Shown here: positions 51,295 through 62,600 of the stretch, in pieces | Layout: each line of letters opens with the position of its first letter | Numbering within the stretch: position 1 is the stretch's first letter | Assembly: GCA_030704615.1 (NCBI GenBank) | Contig: CM060733.1 | Location: 54,870,001-54,934,000, forward strand | Direction: 5' to 3' | From: Takakia lepidozioides | Lineage: Eukaryota; Plantae; Bryophyta | Length of the DNA stretch: 64,000 bases | Program-made: the position numbers and the translations under genes | Notes under the pieces: generated by a model | The model's database searches: none | Told to the model about the DNA's origin: nothing | Seen by the model: the letters and a program-made list of their open reading frames with translations, nothing else

Positions 51295-54200
51295 AATGAC
51301 GAGGCGTCGTTTGTTGGAGAACACAGGGCCAAGGCAGCAGGTGAACGCGGAGACTGATTCACAAGAGCAGACCGAGACTGAGGCAGCGGCTGTGACACAG
51401 TCGGCGATAACATTGCGCGTTGGAAACCAGCCTGTGGATGCAGAGATGACTCGCAGGGAAACTGAAGGAGGTGGAAGTACGAGGAACGTTGAACTGGGAG
51501 AAGGTCCAGAAACCCTAGAGCAAACAAAAATTCCAGCAGATGTGAGAGGGAAGAGGAAAGTTGCAGAAGGGGATCCAATTTCAAAACCTAAGAAGGCGCC
51601 AGTAAGTTTTCTCTAACTTACATTTCATTGTTGAAGATCTGCGTAGAGATTGAGTGGAATGTCCTAGAAAGGGATTGTCGCTACCGACCATCACCATGAA
51701 ACAACGGTGATTTGCTTTCTACTCCTCTGTTAAGGGTTTACATCACAATGTGTGGGTGACTGACGGTACCGTCATGCACTGTTGTTCAAATCATACAGTC
51801 TGTCTGATTGCCTTTCAAGCAGTCCTTCCTCTTCCCTTCTTTAGCAGGAACATGTGATTGAAGTCTACTGAATTGCGAGCGTCGTTAACGCCATTCGATT
51901 CTCCTCATGAGATTTATGTACCTATGTGTTTGAAGAGAGAGTGAGGGTCGGCATCATAATGTATTGCAATGCATTTTCTTTGTATGACGTTGAACAGATA
52001 GAGAAGTGGAAAGGCAGTACCGCCACTCAAAGATTTGAAGACCATACTGTAGATTCATGTAGAGTATCGATTGGAAAGTACTCTCGACATAGACAAGAAA
52101 CCGTGAATGCTTGCGACGGTAATCACAATGGAGTCAATCTGAATAATCTGCACTTACTGTCCGCCCTAAACTATACTGGATGTCGTTGCCGCCAATCACT
52201 TACACATATATGTCATTACACAACACCGATCCGGCAGATCCTTGTCTTTTGTGATTGTCGTCAGCGCCGTTCGCTCTCGCTCTCGCTTTTGTTTTGAATT
52301 CGGCAGGATCAGCTTTGCTTGTGTAGATGGTTCTGAATTTGTTTCACACCATTCATTGTGAGTTTCGTCGAGACAGAGTGATGGTCGTTACCGCCGTTCA
52401 CTATTTGCACATTACTCAGTCAGATTTGAATGGTATCGTGTAGAAAACTGTGAGGTCCAAGCCTACAGGATCAGAGGGGAAAGGATCTGGAGATGGGGAC
52501 GAGTCTGGAAAAAGCTCAGAGAATAACGATGAAGCAGATGAATCTGAAGTGCACTACCTTGACAAAGTGAAAGAACTCATGTCATTCCAGAAGGTAAACT
52601 CTCAGGAGGTTATAAGGGACATGCTCGTATCTGGAGGGCGTCTGGACATCCCTCTGTGCTGGATGATATCTATGCTTGTTGTGCGTCCACCTCCTACCCA
52701 TGACATAACAAAATTGGATAGTGATTTCGTGCATGGATACAGACTTGGTGCACAAGTTTTTTATGTGTCACTGACGGATATAAATGGGAAAAGCACATTA
52801 GTGTCTCCAGATATCAGTGATACCTGGGATGAGTGCTGGAAAGATGCCAATGAGGAGTTCGAGCTGGGCCTCATGATGGGAAAGAACACCCAACAATTCT
52901 GCAACCACATGTTCTACGTCTAGGACGGCAACCACCAATTGCTGGCATGGATGGGATACATCCAGAAACACCATGCGAAAGACAAAGACAAGCATGTTGT
53001 TGTGGAGACAATGGTTTTGGATCCAGGAAACGACATCGCTAGGCTTCTTACAGCTATGCACAACGTGAACAAGTAAGTCATCCTAGAGATTTCATTCCCT
53101 CTGTAGTGTCTTGTTAATCCCAAAAAAACAGTGTTAAGGAATGCAATGTTTCCAATGTTTTTGCAGATCGACAGAGAAATCGCATGTGACAACAAGCTTG
53201 GTCCACACACTATTCCGAATTCAGAGGATTGGTCTAATGAAGCTGGATGATTTTCGGACAGTACTCCCCCCTAATATAATCAAGAAGTGCGAAACAGGAA
53301 GAGCTGCAGGCACTTGGTATTCTTTGATTCGAGAGGCGTTTCTGGAGTACATGTATGCGGTAAGCCCGAGTTTGTACTCAGTTTACTTTTCGAATACATG
53401 TTTGTAGTCCCTTCGGTGCTAATCATTATTTGAATCAATGCAGCAAGAACTGGCAGAGGGAGTTGAGAAGGGAAAATCTGAATATTACCGCACTACACCA
53501 GAGGAACTAAGGACATCAAAGGGTGTGGAAGCAGCAATAAAAAATGAGTTTGAAATGCGAAGAACCAAATTGATGTCCGCCTTCGGAAAGCAGCTTAGAA
53601 TAATAGATCCTGGACTTGGTTCTGAGTTCCTTCAGCAGATCAAATCTCACTATGACAAGCATGTGCATCCGGAGATGCAGCAGGAGAAATTGCACCGGCT
53701 GGCCATATCCATGGTCGACCCACAAACAAAAATAAGGTGGCTGGAGATATGGAACTCAGATCAGACAGTAAAGGACTTGAATCAGTTCCCAAAGAGCACC
53801 ATACAGCCTGGCACAAATGTGGAAGGAATCAGTGATTTGGTGTTTGATAACTGGCTCCACAAGGCTACATTTTGGAGTCAGGTGTGTATTCAGATAAGCC
53901 GTTTTCTTTTCTTCAATTATGTGATGAGTATCTTATTTATACAATTTGCAGCTCGAAAAGCGCACCGTCATTGTGCTAGATCAGACTTTGAAGGACTTGA
54001 ACATTTCGATTGTTTCCCCTCCCCAAATGTCATTGGAGGCATACATAAGGAAGTGGAGAGGTCTCACCTGGAGATACTGTTTTTTCCGGGAGTTCTCCAA
54101 AGATGGTAACATTTTACGGTCCAACGACTTTGACAGTCAGGTTGGAGGAGAGTGGGCCATGATGCGAGTTGTGTACAGGTGCAATATCATACTGGAAACT

Positions 54201-55370
54201 CTACTGCACTTTTTGGGAAATAATTTGGCTTCATAAGGATTGTAATCATAGATCCAAATTGAATTGTCGTCTCCCTTCTGCTTGTGCTTTCATGATGAGT
54301 TTCAATGTTCTCTGCAGCTCCACTCTAGAAGAATCTGTCATGATCGACACCGATCATCACCGATTCGTGATAAAAATGATTGTTTTGTGCCTGAGTTTTG
54401 AATAGCCGATGTACACACTTCCACTATAGATTGTGTTTACCACACTAACCTGCTATCTTTGGTAGATGAGGATGTTCGAGGCGATCTGCCTGCGGAGGAT
54501 TCGCACCTCAAAGACACCATCCTCCATTCGCAGCTTTGAGATTTCTGACCAGGGTTGTTTCGTCAACCCCCCCTATGAGCCGCATGTCAATGACATTTTG
54601 TACAACTTCATGCAGTCCAGTCAGACTCTGAAGAGACCAGATGGCACTCCCTAGAGAGGTGCAAAGGAAAAATCCCCAACGTTCATGCAAATACTGCTGG
54701 AGTCATGCAGCCACCACTCTGCACGGGTGGTCGATCTTTCTGTGTCCACAGGTTCGTTCTCTCCCTTCCGAATTGATTTTCTTTCACCAATTCCATCTGC
54801 TTAAATCCCCCCCACCAAACTGTTCATGTCCTCCTGTCTGGTGCAGGAGCAACTTACCATGCATGCAAGGCAGGCGGAAGAAGCCTTTTTGGCATGGAGG
54901 GTGATTCTGACCTCTATAACACAGTGCTCCTCCCCCTTTTGTCTGACTCCACTTCAGGCACACAGACTGATCGGATTCAAATTCGAAATGATGACGATCC
55001 CGAAGATAAGCAGGTCGACAACGACTTTTCATGTGAGTAAGTGCTAAACCCACTTTAGGAGTCATACTCAATTTCTCAATAACATCAAAGTTACAGTAAT
55101 AACTTTTTCAGGTTGTCTTTCAGGAAAGGCAGCGGTGGATCTTCAGGAGATACAGTCATTTGTGGCGAGTCTGTTTCCGACAACCCCCTTTCCAATTTTC
55201 TGCTTCCTGATTATACCGAAGCAATGGCACTTCACGCGGCCGAGTCCCTATCCCCTGAATTTTTACTGCCCGGCTGTAGGTGTAGCCAGCGTAGATCCGG
55301 AGTTCTTAAATACTTAGACTTAGATGCAGAGGAAGTAGGGATACATTGTACTGACTCTGAGTCAGACTGA
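51295..55370 (+). pseudogene. Multi-exon ParB/Srx-like + N6-adenine/N4-cytosine methyltransferase gene of family B copy 1; motif-IV exons apparently deleted
   Basis: VVRP...KL..DF...FYV*DGNHQL (WDGNHR with two G>A changes) at about 52680-52940. EKSPTFMQILLESCS...RVVDLSVSTG|ATYHACKAGGRSLFGMEGD at about 54660-54910. Confidence 0.7.
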
Positions 55371-56080
55371 ACTATGTTCTTTTAATATTCTGTTTCATCC
55401 TCTTTGGAAAACGTTGAATCCCCTTCCTCCACCGTAGTTGTTCATTTGGAAAGAAAAATAATCAAAGAATCAACTACCATTTAAATTGCAATATGTATGA
55501 ATCCATCTCACAAACCTCCCTCACTCTTGTCATATCCATTGTGCTTTCATCTACAGTGTATTCATGCGTGCTCCATTCATGAATGTTTCCTTTGTTCAAC
55601 ATCCATTGTACTCTTTAATCCACCCCACAAACCTTCCACACTCATGTCATATACGTTGTGCATTCGTCTAAAGTTTTAGTCATGCATCTTCCTGTCATGA
55701 ATGTTTTTCATTGCTCAACATCCATTATACATTCATCCATTTGACTCTTATCCATCCCTCATTTATCCATCTACATTCATTTTTCACACTCATCCATCTG
55801 TTTATCATCCAATTGTACATTCATCCATCCTTTATTCATCTGTTGCTTTCAGGTGGGAATGACCACTGCCTTTTATTATGTCGTCCAGCTTGTTTCCACG
55901 GTAAAGGGTGCCAATCCGCGGGAATACACTCCACTTCTTCCTGGGCGCGTGGTGACGCGGTCTTCAAGTGTGATGACGTGGAGTGAGCCCCGTGATGTGG
56001 CATTGGCGCAAGGTGACGTGGCGTGAGTGCAGTTGCGCTCACGTGACCAGGCTCACGCCGAGGCATCCCTGTCCACTGTG

Positions 56081-57333
56081 GGGTACAGTTAGGAATTTGC
56101 ATCGAGTAACAGGCGAGTGTGTGCACCAAGCATGGTAGGAGGCCTATCCATTGGTGAGTGAGGGGAGTTCAGTGACATCACCTGGACCTCCTCAGTTAGC
56201 TCCTTTGGATACAGTGCCCATTACCTGGCAACCACCTGACTCAGGGATTTGTTTGCTAGACCTGTTTGGAGGCATGAGCACTGGTCTTGCAGGAGTGTTG
56301 CAAGCTGGGATTAAAGTACGCAAGTACTTGTATGTGGAGAAGGATGAGATAGCTCGGCGTATTTCTATGTGCCACATCGCCTTGCTCACACACCGGTATC
56401 CTGAGTTGTTGCCTCTCTCAGCAATTCAAGGGTATCAAAAGGCCTTGCCAGCAGACATTACCTTGTTGGGGGCGGATGATTTGGACCGGCATGGTGCCAT
56501 TGACTTGGTGATAGCTGGATGGTCTTGCCAAGGACACTCTCCCACAGGTCATGGGAACGGCTTGCATGATGCACGATCGCATTTGTTTTGGGAGATGTTG
56601 AGAGTGTTGCGTGACTTGCAGACGAGGCAAGTGCAACCTCTAGCCTATATCTTGGAGAATGTTCCTCTTATGGGGGATTCTCGGGCCAGGATTATGGCCA
56701 GTGTGCATCAGGTGTTAGATTGGATCGGCGGTGCTATTGGATGCAGCAGCGGTGGGATCACGAGCGCATCGACCTCAATTGTGGTGGACCAATCTTGCAC
56801 CACCAGAGCTGCTCAAGAGAGCATACGATTCCATTCAACGGCCACCCAATTTCACAGTTGAGGGCATTTTGGACCAAGGGAGGCAACCACAGAGGGTGCG
56901 ACATGATGACCGTCCACCTTTAGCAGTGGTAAATCGAGTGGGGCAGCCACGTGCGGCCTTGCCTACGCTCATGAGATTTCCCTTGTCTCATGCTTTTCGA
57001 GACAATGGTCCTGGGTTGATTTGGGACAGTGTGCTACTGCAATTGGTGGAGCCCAATGCAGATGAGCGAGAGCGGGCAATGGGATTTGCCACGGGCACTA
57101 CAGCTGTGCCAGCTCTGTCAGAGGCATCACGCCGACATGTGTTGGGTCAAACAATGGATCTAAATTGCTTGACATGGGTCATTGGCTTGTGCATGGCTGA
57201 GCAACGGAGGTTGCAGACAGTGGTGGATACTTCTGCACTCCTATGTGGTATTGTATCCCCTCTGCCAACCGGGACGGTTGAGGCAGTGAGTGGGGGCGAG
57301 CATAGGATCATGGGGTGCAAACACCCATGGTAG
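56081..57333 (+). pseudogene. C5-cytosine DNA methyltransferase domain within gypsy pol
   Basis: Motifs in canonical order: I LLDLFGGMSTG, II YVEKD, III DIT, IV IDLVIAGWSCQG, V LFWE, VI YILENV, VIII HRPQLWWTNL, IX ERERAMGF, X RRHVLGQTM. One frameshift near 56730. Confidence 0.92.
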
Positions 57334-57559
57334 ATGTGGGATAAGATGCGCAAAGAGAGAGTCATTGGATCTCTCAAGCAGCAGTATGAGGAGTGGGGAG
57401 AGCCATACATTGAGGATCAGTTGGAGGCCAAGGTGGCCAATATTTTTGAAGAGATTGAGAATGTTTCTTCCCCAGAGGATGTTCTCAAGGTGGCTATGGC
57501 AGAGCAAGTGGAGGCTACGCCACGGTTAGGGTGGGCGGATAAAGCCCAAGAGGTTGCTA

Positions 57560-59652
57560 TCTAGCAACCAAAGGATGCGTCTCCTACTTCCAAGCCCGAT
57601 GTACCCAAGGTTGCAGTCACTGAGGACAATTGGGAACCAGTTGTTGGACCTACAGTCACCGGAGGAGAGAGACGGAGGATCCAGCGATTTCTAAGGGCTT
57701 ATAGAAATTGCTTTGCCTTCGGTTTGAAGGATTTGGGGAGTTTGAAGGGCCAGGAGATTTGTATTGATTTGGCAAGTGCGCCAATCTTTCGAAGGCCCTA
57801 CCGGTATAGTGACATGAAGAAGTTATTGATCCAGTCATGGACTATGGAGTTGTTTGAAGCTGGATTCGTGGAGTTGTCAGGCGGGATACTCTCGGCAACG
57901 GTGATGCCAGCTAAGAAGGATATCTATGGCAATTGGACAGTAAGAAGGATGTGTAGGGACTATCGTCCTGTGAACCGTCAGACTAAGTCCGATAGATATG
58001 CCATGCCAACTCCAGAGGAAATCTTTGATGCCATTGGGCATGCGAAGGTGTTTAGCACATTGGACTTGTGATCTGGTTACCACCAATTGCCAATCAAAGA
58101 GGCTGACAAACAAAAGACGACATTCTGGGGGATTGACCAACATGGGAAGGATTGCTTGTACCAATGGCATTTCCTACCGTTTGGGTTGAAGAATGCTCCT
58201 GCAGAGTTTCAGAGGGTTATGGATAGGATTCTCGCGGGGCTAGACTTTGCCCGGTGTTACATTGATGACATCATCGTCTTTAGTGCTATGGTTGAGGAGC
58301 ATGAGAGACACCTTCAGGTGGTGTTTGAGCGCTTGAGAGCGCATGGGTTGAAATTGCACCCTAGGAAGTGTAAGTTCTTCCACAACCAGATTGAGTATAC
58401 CTTGGAGGATTGGGTGTTCAAAAGACGAAGGTGGAGGCCATTGCACGCATTCCACGCCCCATAGATGTTAGCAGAGTTCGTGCTTTCATGGGGTTGACAA
58501 ACTACTATCGACGGTTTGTCAAGGGATTTAGCAGCATTGCAAAGGCTCTTACTAAGTTGACCAAGGTGGGTCAGGAGTGGCAGTGGGAGGAGGAGCAGGA
58601 GGAAGCCTTTGAGGAACTCAAGGCTCGATTGACTTCTACACCTATTCTGAGGCGGCCTATTCAGGGGCGGCCTTTCCAGCTACGTATAGATTGGAGTATG
58701 CTGGGGATTGGAGCAGTGCACACACAGATGGATGATGAGGGAAGAGAGTTCGTAGTGGCATATGCTAGCCGCTCAAACAATGATGCCGAGGCAAAGTATA
58801 GTTCCTATGAAGGGGAGTGTCTAGCTGCGGTATGGGCAGTGCACATTTCAAATGCTACCTCTATGGCGATCTCTTCACCCTTGTCACGGATCACCAACCA
58901 TTGAAGTGGTTGATGGAGTCAGATAAACTTACATGGAAGCTTGCACGGTGGGCACTTATGCTTCAAGAATACGACTGTGGTGCATCGAGCCGGTATTGTC
59001 AATCGGGATGCAGATGGATTGAGTCGTAATCCATGCACAAGCGAGCATGATGATACTGGAGCTCGGTGGCATGGTGAGACGGATGAGGAGATGGTGCCAG
59101 GATGGCATGCATCTGCCTTTTTGTGCATCCTAGCAATGGGAGCTCAAGCTGGTCCATCCCATAGCATTGGTCATGTAGATGGTGTGCATGACGATCTGGA
59201 GATCAGTGAGGAGCTTGGAGGTGCTAAGGATGTACATGAAGATGCAACAGTGTTGGCCTACCTTCGTATTGGAGAGACAGCAGCCAATGTGACTGCTAAG
59301 GAGAGAGATCGGATCCTACAACGAGCCAAAAGGTTCAAGTGGGAGGGGACTCACCTACTCCGAGTATGGGAGGATGGACGAGTGAGGATTGTGCCTCATC
59401 CAACACAACGAGCGCGATTGGTACGCCATGCCCAAGGGGAGTTGGGACATTTTGGGGTGTGGCGCACTCATAGTTTGCTGCAAGGACAGTACTGGTGGCA
59501 TTGACTGACAAGGCAAGTGAGGGGGCTGCTTATGCATTCATAGATCGAGTGCTTAGCCAATTTGGTGCTCCAGCCGAGGTACTCACGGACCAGGGGAGAG
59601 AGTTCTTGGGGGAGTTTCAGGCTTTGTGTGAGCAAGCCTTGATAGATCACCG
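57560..59652 (+). pseudogene. Ty3/gypsy reverse transcriptase, RNase H and partial integrase, decayed; interrupted at 59653
   Basis: RMCRDYRPVN, FSTLDL*SGYHQ, PFGLKNAPAEFQ, YIDD (58258), FMGLTNYYRRFV, VVAYASR, YSSYEGECLA, TDHQPLKWL, ADGLSR, H..LGHFG, VLTDQGREF. Order PR-RT-RH-INT is gypsy. Confidence 0.95.
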
Positions 59653-62600
59653 CAGGGGGATGCTTGCACGTGAGCCTGTGAGCCTGTGAGCCTGGCTTCG
59701 CTCACGCTAAGTAAGCAAGCATCCACGTGTTCAGGCCCTAATACCGTGTTTTCCCCCTGGCTTCCCCTATTACCGCGGATCCTTATTTTTTATCCCTCTT
59801 CATTGCCCCCACATGAATATTCTTTCTAGCCGAGAACAATGGCAGGTTTGCGGATGGTTTATGATTGAGGTCATCCCTTTGGAATGAGGAGATTGCCCAC
59901 TAGAGAACTGAATATTAAAAGCAAACCCTTTTGTTTTGCAAAGCAGTACATTCATTCCAACCCACAAACATTTTTCAATTCCGGATTCCGAAGACCTACC
60001 CCAGGCAATCCCTAACTGTACTTACGGGAACGCGCAAAGAACTAGAAAAACAGTTTGGGGATGGAAGCAAAACCAAAACACAATTTATTGAGCCTCGGTA
60101 CTTGAACCTCAAGAACTATTGGAGGTTTCAGAGGAACCACTTCCAGAGTTTACAGCAATATCATCTATGAATACAGCAGCACATCCGCGACGTTTTTTTT
60201 TTCCACGACCTTCATGTAGATGCGAATACATTGATTGTTGGGATAACACCCGTGCGCAAGCTTCAGCGTAAACCGGCAAGCGGTAAGCTCTAGGGGACTC
60301 GGGGACATGTAGTATCCTTGGAAACCGAAAGGTGTCTGCTGATTCAATGACTGGTGCCGAACTCTGGAAAGCAAGAAGAGGAATGGTGGTAGATGTTAAC
60401 ATCCAGATATAGACAATGTAAGCAACCATCTGTCAAACGGGAATGACACAAGTAAATGCAACATATTTTGCACGACAGCCGAACTTACTCACACTCAAAA
60501 TCGGAGTCCATGTCGAGATCCTCCTCAGGCGCTTCGGGCTCCTCCAGAAGTCCCTATGTGGATGGGGCAGAAGTAGTGCCGGACTCAAGCTGACGAAGCT
60601 CGCTTGAGAAGAGCTCCGTATCAGCCTCCATGCCAAAGAAGTGCCTTCCGGCGCTCTTGCAAGCATGAATAGATGCTCCTGCAAATCCAAGACAAACGAG
60701 AAATTAAAACAGGGCTTCCCTAAGGTCACTGCCCATATGTCAAACACAATGTGAAGGTCCCCACCTGTGCCCATAGACAAGTCAACCACTCGTCCACCAT
60801 GACGGCTGCATGTCTCCACCAAAGTCTGCATGAAAGCTGGAGATTTCTCCCGTGCACCTCTCCAAGGGACACCAATCGACCTTTTCATAGTTCGACCCGA
60901 GTCGACGTAATTGAAGATAACATCATCCTCCACAGGCTCGCAGGTGGGGTCAATGTGAGCTGCAAGGTCTCTCAACTGGAACTCAGCAACACCAGGAGGA
61001 AGAGTGTCCTTCCGCCTCACCAGGCACAAAGCTTCGAACACTCCAGTCTGTCAATAATCACGAAGAGAGCATGAGGCAAAAGACACAACCTACCTTTTGA
61101 TTTACTGAAAAACCATGAAACTTTAATTGAAAGGAACCAACTCACTTTCTGCCCCGGGAACTCGCCCTTCGTAAGAGGCAGAGTATTGATGCATGTCCAA
61201 GTTTTGATGACATGAAACCCGGAAGCTTTCATGTAGCTGAAAAGAGTTCTTCGTGCCGACGTGTCCTCTGATTGCATGAGAAGAAGAGCCCCCGAGTCAG
61301 AAAGGAATTTGTTGCTGAATGAGAAAGCCCACTGCCAATAACGAGAATCCGATTTGTTCCAAGTCGGGGTCGAATTGGAAGGGAACACATCAGGGACAGG
61401 AAAACCGTTAGGAATGTCCAGCACCACAAGGTCAGTCGTGTATGCCTGCTGAACTCCATTCACCCAATCCGGACTTTTTGTGACCTTCAGCAAAAAACAG
61501 GAGACAGTGTAAGAAGCCAAATCCAAATCCAGCACGAGATCAACACCCTGGACAAGTCAGAACAAGTGGCCAAACCAAATCACTCATACAATAGTTAAGA
61601 CATATGTGCTTACCTGAGTGAGGAACGAAACAAGCATGTCCCATGATTTCGAGGGCACCCCTTTGAATGTGGACTTCCTGGACTCCATCATTGCAAGAAA
61701 ACTTTCATTCAGCACCTGACGATTGAACTATCCCAAAACCCTGGAGGGATGTTCACTCGCCTCGAAAGGCTGCTCCCTCGACTTTGATGTTCTCCTATCC
61801 CTCCTAGTTGGAGAAGGCTGTCTTTCAGGGACCTCTGACGGTCCCTGTCCTTGAGGAGCTGCACTTTTCCCCTTCCCCTTTGGATCCCCGACAATCTTCC
61901 CCTTTCGTTTTGGAGTAGCAGACTTCTCGAGCTCTTTTGCAGCCAGAGCAGAAATGATTCTATCCTGAATGTCTTTGTCAGCCAGTGGGGCAATTGTTGC
62001 GGCGTTGTCGTTCAAGTTTCTCAAAACAACTTCATCGAATGGTGTGTCTTGTTTTGGCAGGTCGAGGTACCACCCACAGTCTCTGAAGTGCGCCCTGCTC
62101 CAGTCTCTGGCAATACCAGCCGTGTACATTGTCTTGTCATTGGAGGGGTCAGCCCATGAGTAGATGAAGTCTGGGTCATCGCTAAGGTACTTTTCCGGTA
62201 TGAGGACATGATACATGTACCTGAATCACACACACAAAATCTAGGCAGTCATTCGATCTGAAAATGAAACAGATCACACATCAGGAAAAAGATATTGAAA
62301 TGCAGGAAAGCAACACGCAGAAATCACCTTTGCAGTCCCGAATCGTTGAATCGAGCAGAAATGGGAAACACAAAATGCGGAGAACTGTTCTTTGACAAGG
62401 GCAATTCAACATTGCTTCAACGCAAGGTTGTTTTCATTTACAGTGGAAATGGAAAACAGTGCTTGAAAACATCCTTTCGAATATCTACTGGTACGGATAT
62501 TCAACATTGCGTTGGCGCAATGTTGATTTCCTCTGTTGAAACACATGTCCATGGTATCTGACAACCACAACTTTCCTACAATTGTATGGAAATCGGGGTA

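Larger units (their letters stand above)
48925..56071 (+). mobile_element. 7147-bp DNA element, family B copy 1 (MULE-like by TSD), nested in gypsy pol
   Basis: 9-bp TSD TCCACTGTG (48916-48924, 56072-56080). Imperfect TIRs CAATGACGCAATGGCGTGAGC vs CAGGGATGCCTCGGCGTGAGC (15/21). GTGAGC/GCTCAC-rich subtermini. Confidence 0.88.

Noticed and set aside
54560-54580. NPPY in family B copy 1 as the MTase catalytic motif
   Set aside because: The aligned position in copy 2 is DPTC, and DLVVLDIPNG fits motif IV context better; probably coincidental, but worth rechecking in a family alignment.
48925-56071. Assignment to Zisupton/KDZ or Helitron
   Set aside because: No KDZ transposase, CxC domain or Rep/helicase seen; a 9-bp TSD with TIRs fits Mutator better, though the superfamily is unproven.
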